A DNA stretch of 64,000 nucleotides from a virus. Its lineage: Duplodnaviria > Caudoviricetes. This document shows, in pieces, positions 53,501-62,379 of this stretch. Position 1 is the first letter of the stretch, and each line of letters begins with the position of its first letter. The stretch is from IMG/VR virus record IMGVR_UViG_3300035208_001807, positions 64,001 to 128,000 of that record; one strand, written 5' to 3'. The notes beneath the pieces are model-generated. The model saw only the letters and a program-made list of their open reading frames with translations, searched no databases and had not been told where the DNA came from. The position numbers and the translations under genes were made by a program.

Positions 53501-53979
53501 CCGAGATTGAGCACATAGGTTTTGCTATCTCGGGGACACTTCTCGATGAGTATGAAGAGCAGGTAAGAAGGCGCGCGAACTGCACGACTTCATCATACGT
53601 ATCCGAGATAGGCGCAGGGAGTACAGCTAGGGTTGCTGGAGTTATAACGAAGATGCGCAAGTGCACGGACAGACATGGGAGACGCATGGCGTTTCTGAGT
53701 CTGTCGGATGGAAGGACCGAGATCCGTGCAGTAGTCTTTGGTACAGTCTTTGAACGTATTAGACCAGAGACACGCTGGAAAGAGGGCGCAGCAATTGTAG
53801 TGGACGGCCGCAAGGACGAGCGAGATGGCGAGACTTTACTCGCCAAGGACCTCGTATTCCTCCGTAAAGAGGTCAGCGGCCCCGATGAAGAAGCTCAAGA
53901 AGTTCTCCCTACAACGACTAAAAGACCTAGAAGTAGTAAACAACATAGGTCTAGTACACCGAGTAGCCCAGCAGTATAA
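50563..53979 (+). CDS. dnaE: DNA polymerase III alpha subunit
   Basis: PHP domain, GPGRGSAAG, PDIDVD, FQFES, YQEQ, FNKSHA, OB fold. Confidence 0.96.
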   Translation: MDSFVNIHAHSDGSILDSQLTVPKMVSTVVKLGSPALALTDHGSMVNIVDFHTECKKNKIKPILGCEFYVAYEGIQNKEATKLAKTDTALARESDILGVSHLILLAKNFEGYQNLCRLLAIAHTDGFYYQPRIDYDLLAQHSNGLICSTACMFGDFFKLTMHDHVAQQAKAPLLIEKLKGIFGNDLYIELQNHGFKKQVQFLPKAIKSASDQDVKLVISQDVHYAAAKDAKFQDALYCVGKHKIYGDSERMAVSGEMYFKTRRQLEAMFSASNVPASAFDNTLEIAEKVTEYEIAPKDYLLPKMYSTKEESERHFRDLCNVGWKELIAPNIKDPALREVYKQRAAYEMRIISQMGFTDYFLIVQDYLDHARKTGILVGPGRGSAAGCLVSYLIGITKEDPILYGLLFERFLVPGRPTMPDIDVDVSDRDEVIRYLETKYGKDKVAPIINRTAATSKAALIKVGTILGSFQLGRDLSALIPTFRGETPTFDEAFAKVPELQIRERETPELFELARGLEGVYVGLGGHASGVIVSSVPLTDIIPLHRTKDIVYTAYDGDQLKKLKLVKLDILNVDVLRTISDCVKMIKERHGVDIDPYKIPMDDKQTYDLICEGDTVGVFQFESNMMREILKKVKPRNILEIAAVNAIGRPGALDADGLVGTYVNRKRNLEPIVYPHPVLQPILEETYGLMIYQEQVMLIAKTLASYTDEETDKFRKAMSDKDVSIIENQREKFLAGALKNEYPKEFVETVFENIKKFAGYGFNKSHAVAYGHVGYITAYLKAHYPMEFLLSSLNKEIRKGSPLEFITKFVVDLEKHNYSVKGPSVVSSGWEFEPHKTETDTVRKPVIYYGLGGIKGISPKQMEDWIARRPFKSLDDCVVKGILSGVNSRSLELLAELGCFSELAPNIVHVAASMSLRIDKARKLITRARSKKKKSDQQTIDLFLGGETAFNEENLEFDMGDRDLLFATQSDLARKALRIKAEIEHIGFAISGTLLDEYEEQVRRRANCTTSSYVSEIGAGSTARVAGVITKMRKCTDRHGRRMAFLSLSDGRTEIRAVVFGTVFERIRPETRWKEGAAIVVDGRKDERDGETLLAKDLVFLRKEVSGPDEEAQEVLPTTTKRPRSSKQHRSSTPSSPAV

Positions 53980-54721
53980 AGGCTACTGTAACAAGCGTGC
54001 CTTTACATACGACGACCTAGTGCAGGAAGGTATTGTTGGGCTAATTATTGCCCGCAATAAATTCAAGCCCTCGAAGGGCGCCCGCTTCTCTACATATGCT
54101 AACTACTGGATACGGGCAAAGATCCTACGGCTCTTAGATAGATACTCATCTACCATTCACGTAACGTTCTCAGCTAGTGCAACCTACAGTAAGCTTGTTA
54201 AGAAGTATGGCACCATCGGTGACATCATTGAAGATCTTCTTGACAAGATTCAGTTAGATTACAACAAGGGACGGATTAGCGGCAGGGATTATCGTAAGTT
54301 CATTGATATCCTACATGCTAAGTCGCCTGACAACTACAACCACATCTCAATAGATGATGCTCTAGACTCAGCTAATACAGAACACTCTAGAGCCTTGGAC
54401 TCTGACAGTAGATCGTTAGGGATGGATATCCTTAAGCATCTAGAGCAGGTGAATAATGCAGAGGATCTCCTTTGTCAGAGGGCCTTAATCCGTAGACTGA
54501 TAGATGCCTTAGAGCCCGACGAACGTAAGTTAGTCATTATGTATTATGGGCTCGATGGGAAGGATTCCCATACCTACAACGAGTTGTCTAAAGTCTTTAA
54601 GTGTTCTAAGCAGCGAGTTCATCAGTGGCACAAGAGGATAACAGCTAAGCTCAGGGCGAATCTAAAGGATATATGTTTGAAGGATAGGGTTGACTTAAAG
54701 GAAATGGTAAGTAATAATTAA
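53885..54721 (+). CDS. Sigma70-family sigma factor
   Basis: DDLVQEG.VGL..A..KF.P.KG.RFSTYA.YWIR; region 4 SKQRVHQ. Confidence 0.9.
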   Translation: MKKLKKFSLQRLKDLEVVNNIGLVHRVAQQYKGYCNKRAFTYDDLVQEGIVGLIIARNKFKPSKGARFSTYANYWIRAKILRLLDRYSSTIHVTFSASATYSKLVKKYGTIGDIIEDLLDKIQLDYNKGRISGRDYRKFIDILHAKSPDNYNHISIDDALDSANTEHSRALDSDSRSLGMDILKHLEQVNNAEDLLCQRALIRRLIDALEPDERKLVIMYYGLDGKDSHTYNELSKVFKCSKQRVHQWHKRITAKLRANLKDICLKDRVDLKEMVSNN

Positions 54722-54730
54722 TAGGCAAGT

Positions 54731-54804
54731 CTGAATGTGGTGTAGAGGTAGCATCTGTGGTTTGGGACCATAGGGCGCAGGTTCAATTCCTGCCATTCAG
54801 ACCA
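54731..54804 (+). tRNA. tRNA-Pro(TGG)
   Basis: tgtgg-tt-tgg-ga-ccata, CCA. Confidence 0.9.
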
Positions 54805-54817
54805 ATTGAGGTAATAC

Positions 54818-56191
54818 ATGCTGGAGTCTATTTGCTTTGCTAAGCAGCGTGTGCATCCAGATGGATACCCAGTTAACAAATTTCATAGTATGAGAAGGCT
54901 TAACTTCTTAAAGGTTACAGCAACAAAAGAAATAGGAGAACTAGAAATGCCAGAGCAGCCCTCCGCAATAGATACTAACTTCCCGATCAACTTACAAATG
55001 ACTATAGGAGCGGATGCCTACTCGCGCTTCTCCCCATTCGTTGAAGTACACTTCTGTGCTGCTGTAACCAAGCTGGGTCTACGAAGAATGTTCTCCATGA
55101 ACTGGACCGCGGCTGGCCCTAACTTGGAGGCAGAGCTCTTTAAGAAGTCAGAGATGATATTTGATGTCTCTTGGAAGCCCAAGGACGAGACATTAGAAGG
55201 CGAAGATACTTATGATGAGCCAGCCTTTAGTGGCATGGGAACTGAAGGTTCAGTTACTACATTCTCTCAAGTTAGAGCGTTCATAAACGACAAGGGTGAT
55301 ATGTTGCCCTTCTGTATATCGTTCGATAACCTAGAGTCCGAAGCTCGTTTCCTGATGGCTTATACTAGAGACGAGGACAGGGAAGCCCTATCTAAGTTGG
55401 TGCAGGACGCCCTCAAGCCCTCCAAATCTGAAAACAAAGACCAAGTCAAGGTTTGTTTTTGGATGGCAGGCTCGCATGGCGCCAGCTCATACAACCGAGA
55501 TGTAGATACATACAAGACTCCCAATATCATAGATAACTATAATGCAGAGGCCAAGGAGCGCATGGAGTTCCTAGCTGGGTATAAGCCCAAGAAGGGCGGG
55601 GAGTTACTTATTCTTTCTGGGTTACCTGGTACAGGTAAGACACACGCTTTACGTGCCATCATGGGCGAGTGGCGTAAGTGGGCGGACTTCCACTACGTAG
55701 TGGACCCAGCCGTACTCTTCAGCGGCCAGAACTCAGGCTATCTAACTGAGGTTCTTCTAGGCTCAAGATCAGGCCTCTCGGACTCTGAGCGTAAGAACCG
55801 CTGGCGCGTAGTTATCCTAGAAGATGTAGGAGAACTCCTAAAGCCAGATGCTATGGACCGGGGCAACGGCGGCCTAGCCCAACTGCTAAATATTACTGAC
55901 GGGCTAATCGGGCAGGGCAGGAAGCTAGTAGTTGTTGTTACTACCAACGAAGAGATCAAGGTCCTTCATCCTGCTGTAAGCAGGCCGGGACGCTGTGCAT
56001 TCTTCCATGAGTTCGGGAAGCTTTCTGTTTGTGAAGCAGAAGCTTGGCTAACTAAGATGAAAGTCGACCTACCAAAGGACGTAAAGACCTGTACAATTGC
56101 CGACCTTTATGCTATATATAATAGTGTTAGCAACTTCGTAAAGATAAAGGAGCCGGCACCAATCGGGTTCATGGCTCCCGAGAAGAAGTAA
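54818..56191 (+). CDS. AAA ATPase (alternative start 54947)
   Basis: GLPGTGKT, VVILED, LLNITDG, TTN, SRPGRC. Confidence 0.88.
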   Translation: MLESICFAKQRVHPDGYPVNKFHSMRRLNFLKVTATKEIGELEMPEQPSAIDTNFPINLQMTIGADAYSRFSPFVEVHFCAAVTKLGLRRMFSMNWTAAGPNLEAELFKKSEMIFDVSWKPKDETLEGEDTYDEPAFSGMGTEGSVTTFSQVRAFINDKGDMLPFCISFDNLESEARFLMAYTRDEDREALSKLVQDALKPSKSENKDQVKVCFWMAGSHGASSYNRDVDTYKTPNIIDNYNAEAKERMEFLAGYKPKKGGELLILSGLPGTGKTHALRAIMGEWRKWADFHYVVDPAVLFSGQNSGYLTEVLLGSRSGLSDSERKNRWRVVILEDVGELLKPDAMDRGNGGLAQLLNITDGLIGQGRKLVVVVTTNEEIKVLHPAVSRPGRCAFFHEFGKLSVCEAEAWLTKMKVDLPKDVKTCTIADLYAIYNSVSNFVKIKEPAPIGFMAPEKK

Positions 56192-56192
56192 T

Positions 56193-56266
56193 GCGGGATT
56201 GGTGTAACAGTAGCATAGGAGTTTTCCAAACTCTTGGCACGGATGCGAATTCCGTATCCCGCTCCA
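56193..56266 (+). tRNA. tRNA-Gly(TCC)
   Basis: ggagt-tt-tcc-aa-actct, atypical T-loop, U73-CCA. Confidence 0.85.
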
Positions 56267-56272
56267 TGTAAG

Positions 56273-56539
56273 CCACTTGGTGACTAGAAAGACTTTCGAC
56301 AGTAGTAAGTGTAGGGCAGAACTAGGTTCGTCGGCCCTACGTGGGAACCGGAACTGTATAAGCTACGAGGTAGAGGTCTCCTCGGATGATATCCAAAGGG
56401 GCTCACCGTAGCACGAGTCAGTTGGAAAAGAAACATTCTCCGGAAGCATCCAAGATGTTTCGGTACAAGTCCGATCTAGAGTGGAGCCGTGTCACAAGCG
56501 CTAGTCAGTGTAGGCGGAATCGGCCCCTCATCAAGTAGG
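56273..56539 (+). ncRNA. Unidentified large structured RNA
   Basis: Stems cttggtga/tcatcaag, tgactag/ctagtca, gtagggc/gccctac, gctacg/cgtagc. Confidence 0.55.
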
Positions 56540-56583
56540 TCATTTAAGGAGTCAAGTTTTCTTGCTATAAAACTTGACAAGTA

Positions 56584-56671
56584 GGAGAGATGCCGGAGTG
56601 GTTAACGGGACGGTTTGCTAAACCGTTGGTCCGCAAGGGCCACGTAGGTTCGAGCCCTACTCTCTCCGCCA
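56584..56671 (+). tRNA. tRNA-Ser(GCT)
   Basis: acggt-tt-gct-aa-accgt, long variable arm, G73-CCA. Confidence 0.93.
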
Positions 56672-56687
56672 TTTTGAGGTAATAGAA

Positions 56688-57095
56688 ATGCCACCTAAGA
56701 AACGCACATTATACTATACGCTGGACTCAAAGCACCGTACAATCCCTGTGGACACTCCTCATACTAGTGCGGGCGCCCAGGCCCTTGAAGCAGTACTGTC
56801 TGATGTTAACACCCGTCGCGTTGATGAAACCTTTATAGGTACTACCAGAATCTCCACTGTCTTCCTTTGTCTTGACCACAGCTTTATGCGTACTGGCCCT
56901 CCCATTCTCTTTGAGACTATGATCTTCTCTGATAATGAAGAGATCAATGATTACCAGAAGCGCTATACTACTTGGGCTAAAGCTAAGACGGGGCACAAAG
57001 AAGCAGTTAACCTTGCAAAAGAAGTTCTGTTGAAATCCCGTTTGGCTACCCGTGTTGTAAAGAACAGGGGTAGTCTTAAGGATCTTGTAGATTAA
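56688..57095 (+). CDS. Conserved phage hypothetical protein ending in LKDLVD
   Basis: ISTVFL.LDH..P.LFETMIF..QKRY.T..A..GH pattern. Confidence 0.8.
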   Translation: MPPKKRTLYYTLDSKHRTIPVDTPHTSAGAQALEAVLSDVNTRRVDETFIGTTRISTVFLCLDHSFMRTGPPILFETMIFSDNEEINDYQKRYTTWAKAKTGHKEAVNLAKEVLLKSRLATRVVKNRGSLKDLVD

Positions 57096-57096
57096 T

Positions 57097-57178
57097 GCCC
57101 CGGTAGCCAGGCCGAGCTTCTACCTCGGTAACTGTAGCGGAGCTGTAAACGTAGGTTCAAATCCTACTCGGGGTACCA
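57097..57178 (+). tRNA. tRNA-Arg(TCT) lacking a conventional D-arm
   Basis: ccgag-ct-tct-ac-ctcgg, T-arm, CCA; same layout as 8900. Confidence 0.7.
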
Positions 57179-57180
57179 TT

Positions 57181-57254
57181 GCTTCCATGGCAGAGCGGCC
57201 ATGCAGCCGTCTCTAAAACGGCTTAAGTGGGTTCGACTCCCACTGGAGGCACCA
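57181..57254 (+). tRNA. Amber suppressor tRNA (CTA)
   Basis: gccgt-ct-cta-aa-acggc, canonical cloverleaf, A73-CCA. Confidence 0.88.
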
Positions 57255-57367
57255 TAAATTCTGAAGAGAAAGGAGTGCAAGATGAAGTAGGCTCGCCCAC
57301 CATAATCGATTCCTTAGTTAGCTACCCCGTTAACCAACGTTAACCTGAACAACTAAGGAGTCTTACA

Positions 57368-57745
57368 ATGACTATCGAACTGAAGATCAAAGCAAAGCAT
57401 CTAGCCCTAGAGCCGGCGATCATCCGACTGGAAGAGAAAAGGCTCAAGGCTAGGATTAGATATCTGAAGTTGAAGGAGAAGGATACAGCTGCTCTGTCTA
57501 CAAAGCTGAACAGCTTGAATCTTCACCGACGCTTCGATGTTAAGTTTGCAGCTAGGGCAACGCATCTAGCAAGGACTTACCTAGCGGGTAAGCCTTACAA
57601 CTACGCAGAGAAGAAGCGTAAGCCTGAGAAGGAACAGAAGTTCCAGAACATAGTCATCCCCAGGATAACAGCGATGGTTAAGAAGTATGGGGATGATTCT
57701 CAAAGGCTTATAGAAGACAGTGCCATTAGAACATGGGCTAAGTAA
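57368..57745 (+). CDS. Basic phage hypothetical protein
   Basis: AAGGAG RBS, 125 aa. Confidence 0.75.
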   Translation: MTIELKIKAKHLALEPAIIRLEEKRLKARIRYLKLKEKDTAALSTKLNSLNLHRRFDVKFAARATHLARTYLAGKPYNYAEKKRKPEKEQKFQNIVIPRITAMVKKYGDDSQRLIEDSAIRTWAK

Positions 57746-57812
57746 TATTGGCAAGGAGCGAGGTAGGGCTCTCTTGCCTCGCTCTAAGCTTTACTAGGAA
57801 TAGGAACTAGAA

Positions 57813-58886
57813 ATGAAATTAGCTAAGCTTTACAAGAAGACCTCAACTGGACAGATCCAATACTGGCAGATAGAGGCAGAGGGCAACTTCATCGTCACCC
57901 GTTATGGTAAAGAGGGTGGCAAGGAGATGGTTGCTAAGGACATGATTCGTGAGGGCAAGAATACTGGCCGCGCGAATGCTACAGACTCTGAGGAACAAGC
58001 CAAGCGCGAAGCCCAGTCTCAATGGGAAGCCAAGATCAAGAAGGGCTATGTTGAGAATATAGTGCGGGCTAAAGAGGGCGAGACCGATCATGATGGCGGC
58101 TGGTTCCCTATGCTAGCTCACCAGTTTTCTGAGCAGGGCCACAAGATTATATATCCTGCCTTCGTACAGCCCAAGTTAGATGGCCACCGCTGTGTAAGCG
58201 ATAAGGCCGGCAAGCTTTGGACCCGCACTCGTAAGCCCTATGTGAGCGTTCCTCATATCCAGAAGGCTATTCCATTGGGCGTACAGCTCGACGGAGAGCT
58301 TTATAATCATGCCTACCACGATAGCTTTGAGAAGATCTCCCACCTAGTTAACCAACAGACTGAACCAGCTGAAGGCCATGAGGTCGTAGAGTATCATGTC
58401 TACGACGTTAACATGCCTGGTTCGTTTGCGGAGCGCTGTGCCTGGCTCAAAAAGAACCTTCCTCATACCAAGCCATTTGTTCTAGTTGAGACTATTGAAG
58501 TCTCTAACGAGGATGAACTAATGGATGCTTTCGATCATTACCTCTCTCTAGGTTATGAGGGAGCCATTGTTCGGAATGCGGGTGGTGTCTATGAGGGTAA
58601 GCGTTCATACGACCTCCAGAAGATTAAGGAGTTCGACGATGCTGAGTTTGATATCATAGGTATCGAAGAGGGCCGCGGCAAGCTTCAAGGTCATGCGGGC
58701 AAGTTTATCTGTAAGACCAAGGATGGCACTGAGTTCGGCGCCAAGGCTAAGGGAGAACTCTCTAAGCTTAAAGAGTACTTTGAAGACCATAGCCTTTGGA
58801 AGGGCAAGCAATTGACCGTCCAGTATCAGGGTTTAACAGGTAAGAATAAGGTTCCGCGGTTTCCCGTGGGCCTAAGATTTAGATAA
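57813..58886 (+). CDS. ATP-dependent DNA ligase with WGR-like N-terminus
   Basis: PMLA, QPKLDGHRC, LDGELY, YEGAIVR, KRS..LQKIK, PRFP. Confidence 0.93.
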   Translation: MKLAKLYKKTSTGQIQYWQIEAEGNFIVTRYGKEGGKEMVAKDMIREGKNTGRANATDSEEQAKREAQSQWEAKIKKGYVENIVRAKEGETDHDGGWFPMLAHQFSEQGHKIIYPAFVQPKLDGHRCVSDKAGKLWTRTRKPYVSVPHIQKAIPLGVQLDGELYNHAYHDSFEKISHLVNQQTEPAEGHEVVEYHVYDVNMPGSFAERCAWLKKNLPHTKPFVLVETIEVSNEDELMDAFDHYLSLGYEGAIVRNAGGVYEGKRSYDLQKIKEFDDAEFDIIGIEEGRGKLQGHAGKFICKTKDGTEFGAKAKGELSKLKEYFEDHSLWKGKQLTVQYQGLTGKNKVPRFPVGLRFR

Positions 58887-58895
58887 GGAGATAAC

Positions 58896-59135
58896 ATGGC
58901 CAGTTCCATTACAGTGCTAACAGGTGTGGACCCTGGGTCGGGCAACTTCATTGTACAGCAATCTTCTTCTTCGCTTACTATGGAGCTGACTATCGCTCAG
59001 GTCATTCAGATTAGAGCTGCGATAGATGAGTATCTAGCTACAAAGCTCGGGCAGATATACCCTCCTAGAATAGCTAAGACTTCTCTACTACGTCAGCTTG
59101 ATCCTGCCGATGGAGGCCAAATTAATGGAGGGTAA
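58896..59135 (+). CDS. Hypothetical protein
   Basis: AAGGAG RBS. Confidence 0.6.
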   Translation: MASSITVLTGVDPGSGNFIVQQSSSSLTMELTIAQVIQIRAAIDEYLATKLGQIYPPRIAKTSLLRQLDPADGGQINGG

Positions 59136-59595
59136 CTTCCTAGAGATCAAAAGCCTTGGTAACTTCTATAAGGGTAGGACAAGGTTCTGGTATGATCCCG
59201 ACGAGCTTATGCTCCACGCTCCCTTCCAGATTCTTGTAGACTTTATTGAGAAGGAGAAGCCTTGGCATCTTGTTCCTATTGATGATAACGAGATGAACGC
59301 CCAAGGCAAACTCAAAGAAAGGGCTATGCGTCTCTATAACTACTGGAAGAAGGGTCGGAAGAGACTTGTTGGACAGGTAGCCTTGGCTACTAAGATGTTT
59401 AACAAGAGCGTCAAGTCTCGTCCAGCACCTAATCGCATTGTTGGCAAAGAGTCGTGGCGAGCTTCCACACTAACATTCTCTAAGGATTCTAAGCGCTTGC
59501 TTAAGCGCCTTAAGGCAATGGAGGCTATGTTACTTAATACAGATCAAGCTGCCCTACATGAGCTGGTTGAAATTAGACCCAAACTTTGGAACTAG
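59125..59595 (+). CDS. Hypothetical protein
   Basis: GGAGG RBS before ATG 59125. Confidence 0.7.
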   Translation: MEGNFLEIKSLGNFYKGRTRFWYDPDELMLHAPFQILVDFIEKEKPWHLVPIDDNEMNAQGKLKERAMRLYNYWKKGRKRLVGQVALATKMFNKSVKSRPAPNRIVGKESWRASTLTFSKDSKRLLKRLKAMEAMLLNTDQAALHELVEIRPKLWN

Positions 59596-59817
59596 GAGTA
59601 GTTATGACTGACTCGATCATGCCAACTTGTAATATTTGTAAGAAGAAGGTAGGAACTATAGATCAACTAACTAGGTTCCAAGGGAAGCCTGCCCATATCA
59701 AGTGTGAGACTGTGGCTCTGTTACTTCTTGAAGCTGCATCTGAAGGTCCCAAGACCGCCCAAGAACTTCATCGGGATGTTAACGTAATGTATAAGGCGCG
59801 CGTCGGTACTGGAAACA

Positions 59818-59845
59818 TTGACTAATTTCCTAAGTATGGTACAAT
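59818..59845 (+). promoter_or_regulatory. Sigma70-type promoter
   Basis: TTGACT-16 bp-TACAAT with TG. Confidence 0.55.
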
Positions 59846-59872
59846 GCTGTTAGTTCTCTGAAGGAGTACTAA

Positions 59873-60388
59873 ATGTCAATAGAAATACAAACAGCTGAAG
59901 TAGTGAAGATGGTGGAAGAGTTCAAGGCTTTTGAACTAGACCCCGAGAAGATAAACACAGAGAAGATTCATAAAGATGTGTTAGCTATCGGGGCGACGAT
60001 GGAACTTACGAGTACAGCTCGTACCCGTGGGGCTGACTCTATGATAGCCTCTGTGGGACAAGTACTTGGCTTTAAGATGGCTCGCTGTCATTACTGGGAG
60101 AAGAAGCTCTCGGAGAAGCTGAAGTATGTTAGAGCTAGAGTTCGTCTAGATCTACAGAAGGAAGCCAGAGATGCTCAGACCAAGCTTACGGCCGACACTC
60201 TGGACGATATGGTTGAAGTGCATGCTGAAGTAGCCGAGGTCTCTAAGGCTTTAGCAACAGCTAATGCCTCTCGTTTCTTCTGGGAACATTTACAGGATGC
60301 TCTCAAGCGAGCCGGTGATCGTGTAGATAATGCTAGTATGTCTCTTGGCGTAGATGCCAAGATCCAGCCTCGTCCGGTGCAGGGGTAA
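59873..60388 (+). CDS. Coiled-coil protein, possibly a UvsY-like recombination mediator
   Basis: Helical, KLTADTLDDMV, upstream of recA. Confidence 0.5.
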   Translation: MSIEIQTAEVVKMVEEFKAFELDPEKINTEKIHKDVLAIGATMELTSTARTRGADSMIASVGQVLGFKMARCHYWEKKLSEKLKYVRARVRLDLQKEARDAQTKLTADTLDDMVEVHAEVAEVSKALATANASRFFWEHLQDALKRAGDRVDNASMSLGVDAKIQPRPVQG

Positions 60389-60391
60389 CTA

Positions 60392-60607
60392 ATGCCCGTA
60401 TACGACTTCTCCTGTAAGAAGTATCCCGACAAGTGCAACGGAGTTCTACTCTCTTATAGAATAGACTCCTACAAGGATCCTAATCCTGAGTGCCCTACTT
60501 GTGGAGGTACAACTGAGCGCCGCTTTGATCTTAGCCCCAGTAACTTGGAGTTCAAGGGGCTACCTACGCCTATGCATTCCGCCTTTAGGCGGTATCCTAA
60601 GAAGTAA
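60392..60607 (+). CDS. FmdB-like Zn-ribbon protein
   Basis: MPVYDFSC..CPTCGG..R..FKG. Confidence 0.8.
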   Translation: MPVYDFSCKKYPDKCNGVLLSYRIDSYKDPNPECPTCGGTTERRFDLSPSNLEFKGLPTPMHSAFRRYPKK

Positions 60608-60619
60608 TAGGAGTCTAGA

Positions 60620-61030
60620 TTGACAGTTATAGGTTCAAAGAGCCTTGCTAAGAAGATCAAGTTACCGAAGACCCGCTCTACTATTATAGAGTACAGGGTC
60701 TTTGATCATATGCGGGGTATCGATTTTGAGACCCTTGATGATGATCTACTCTTGCATAGGGCGGTTGTTGGGGCCGCCAGGATGGCAGGAATGACATGTG
60801 AGAACTTGGACATTCACTACTACCATCCTCAGGGTAAGTCTGTTACCTTGATTGTAAGTGCTTCTCACATAGGAATTCATACCTATCCTGAGAAAGGCTT
60901 TGCCTCTGTAGAGATAGCTGTCTGTAAGGATTTCGCGGGCGCCCTTAAGGCGTACGAGTATATCCGAGACATCCTTAAGCCTAAGTACTGTGAGCCTAAC
61001 TATCACCAAGTAGAAGATGAGAAGCGGTAG
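60620..61030 (+). CDS. S-adenosylmethionine decarboxylase-like proenzyme
   Basis: PQG.S..SASHIGIHTYPEKGFA..C. Confidence 0.8.
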   Translation: MTVIGSKSLAKKIKLPKTRSTIIEYRVFDHMRGIDFETLDDDLLLHRAVVGAARMAGMTCENLDIHYYHPQGKSVTLIVSASHIGIHTYPEKGFASVEIAVCKDFAGALKAYEYIRDILKPKYCEPNYHQVEDEKR

Positions 61031-61032
61031 GC

Positions 61033-61060
61033 TTGACATTTCTAGCTAGTTCTATATAAT
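61033..61060 (+). promoter_or_regulatory. Consensus sigma70 promoter upstream of recA
   Basis: TTGACA-16 bp-TATAAT. Confidence 0.75.
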
Positions 61061-61094
61061 ACCCAGGTAGTAGAAATCCAGGAGGGTACTAGAA

Positions 61095-62249
61095 ATGCCA
61101 CCAAAAGGCTTTAAGAAGAACGCTAAGAAGACAGATGCAGCAGAAGTATCTGAAGTAGCAAAGAAGAAACCAGCCGATGTAGTTCCTGCCTCAGAAGCTA
61201 TGAGGGACCAGCTCCGTGCCTCTATTCTCAAAGAGTATGAGTATATGCTGGGTGCTGTTCCGGATCGCACAGTAGACTTATTCCCACTTCATATCCCATC
61301 TTTGAACAAGGCACTTGGGGGCGGATTCCCTAGAGGCCAGATCATTCATGTCTATGGGACTCAGGGAGCAGGTAAGTCTACACTGGCCTTCCATATTGCC
61401 GCCTCAGTTCAGGCCCAAGGTGGTCACGTACTCTACTTCGATTCTGAAGTAGCTGCACATGCCCCTTATGTGCAAGGACTTGGTATTAATATCGACCCAT
61501 CAAAGTTCACTCATGTTAAGAACTTAGGTGGTGGCGAAATTGCTTTAGACCTTGCCGAGAAAGCTGTAAGGTCTAATACGTACGAGCTGATTGTATTCGA
61601 TTCTGTTGCCGCACTCGCTCCAGCTTCTATTCTAGACGCATCGAACGAGCAGCAACATATCGGTACCCAAGCAAGAATGATGAGTCAGGCTTTGCTGAAG
61701 CTCAATAATGCAGCTTCAAAGTCTGGGACAATTATCTTGTTTGTCAACCAGCTCCGTGCCAACATCAACCAGTTTGGCCACGGGAAGGCTTATACTGTAC
61801 CTGGTGGTAATGCGCTTAGGTACTACTCTAATATTGAAATGCATATGCAGCGTGTAGGCGAGATCAAAGAGGGTGAAGAGATCATTGGCCAGCGCGTTCG
61901 CATACGTATCGAGAAGAACAAGATTGCTCCGCCCTATAGGGAGGTTATTTGCAATCTGATCTATGGCGATGGGTTCCGCAGAGATGCAGACTTGATCCTG
62001 TCGGCCATTGACAAAGGTATTATCAAGCAAGCAGGTTCTTGGTACAAGCTCGGAGAAGAGACGATAGGCCAAGGCTTAGCTTCAATTAAGCAGTATGCCA
62101 AGGAACATCCCGAATTCCTGGACATGCTAGAAGAGAGACTATATGGGAAGCTGCTATCGGGAAATGCTCCGTCTAAGCTCAGCCCGGATGCAATTACAAC
62201 AACAGGTACTTTGTCAGAGCCAGCAGAAGCTGCCAGCAACGACGAGTAA
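61095..62249 (+). CDS. recA: RecA recombinase
   Basis: GGGFPRG, GAGKST, DSVAAL, QARMMSQAL, NQLR, PGGNALRYY, KNKIAPP. Confidence 0.95.
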   Translation: MPPKGFKKNAKKTDAAEVSEVAKKKPADVVPASEAMRDQLRASILKEYEYMLGAVPDRTVDLFPLHIPSLNKALGGGFPRGQIIHVYGTQGAGKSTLAFHIAASVQAQGGHVLYFDSEVAAHAPYVQGLGINIDPSKFTHVKNLGGGEIALDLAEKAVRSNTYELIVFDSVAALAPASILDASNEQQHIGTQARMMSQALLKLNNAASKSGTIILFVNQLRANINQFGHGKAYTVPGGNALRYYSNIEMHMQRVGEIKEGEEIIGQRVRIRIEKNKIAPPYREVICNLIYGDGFRRDADLILSAIDKGIIKQAGSWYKLGEETIGQGLASIKQYAKEHPEFLDMLEERLYGKLLSGNAPSKLSPDAITTTGTLSEPAEAASNDE

Positions 62250-62379
62250 TGTTGAAGATCGTATAAAGACTATAAAGCAGATGCTTCAGTTATATACTGA
62301 TCTAGCTGATAGATCGGTACAGGAGCTGCGGCATCTGCTTAAGCTTAAATCAAAGTCAGTAAGAGAGGAAGTGTAAGAC

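Noticed and set aside
53103-53846. Long minus-strand ORFs inside dnaE, nrdJ, rsr and the ATPases
   Set aside because: Antisense shadows of well-supported + strand genes.
56273-56539. tmRNA or RNase P RNA
   Set aside because: Contains ttcgac but lacks the tRNA-like ends of tmRNA and the GAGGAAAGUCC/ACAGAA motifs of RNase P.
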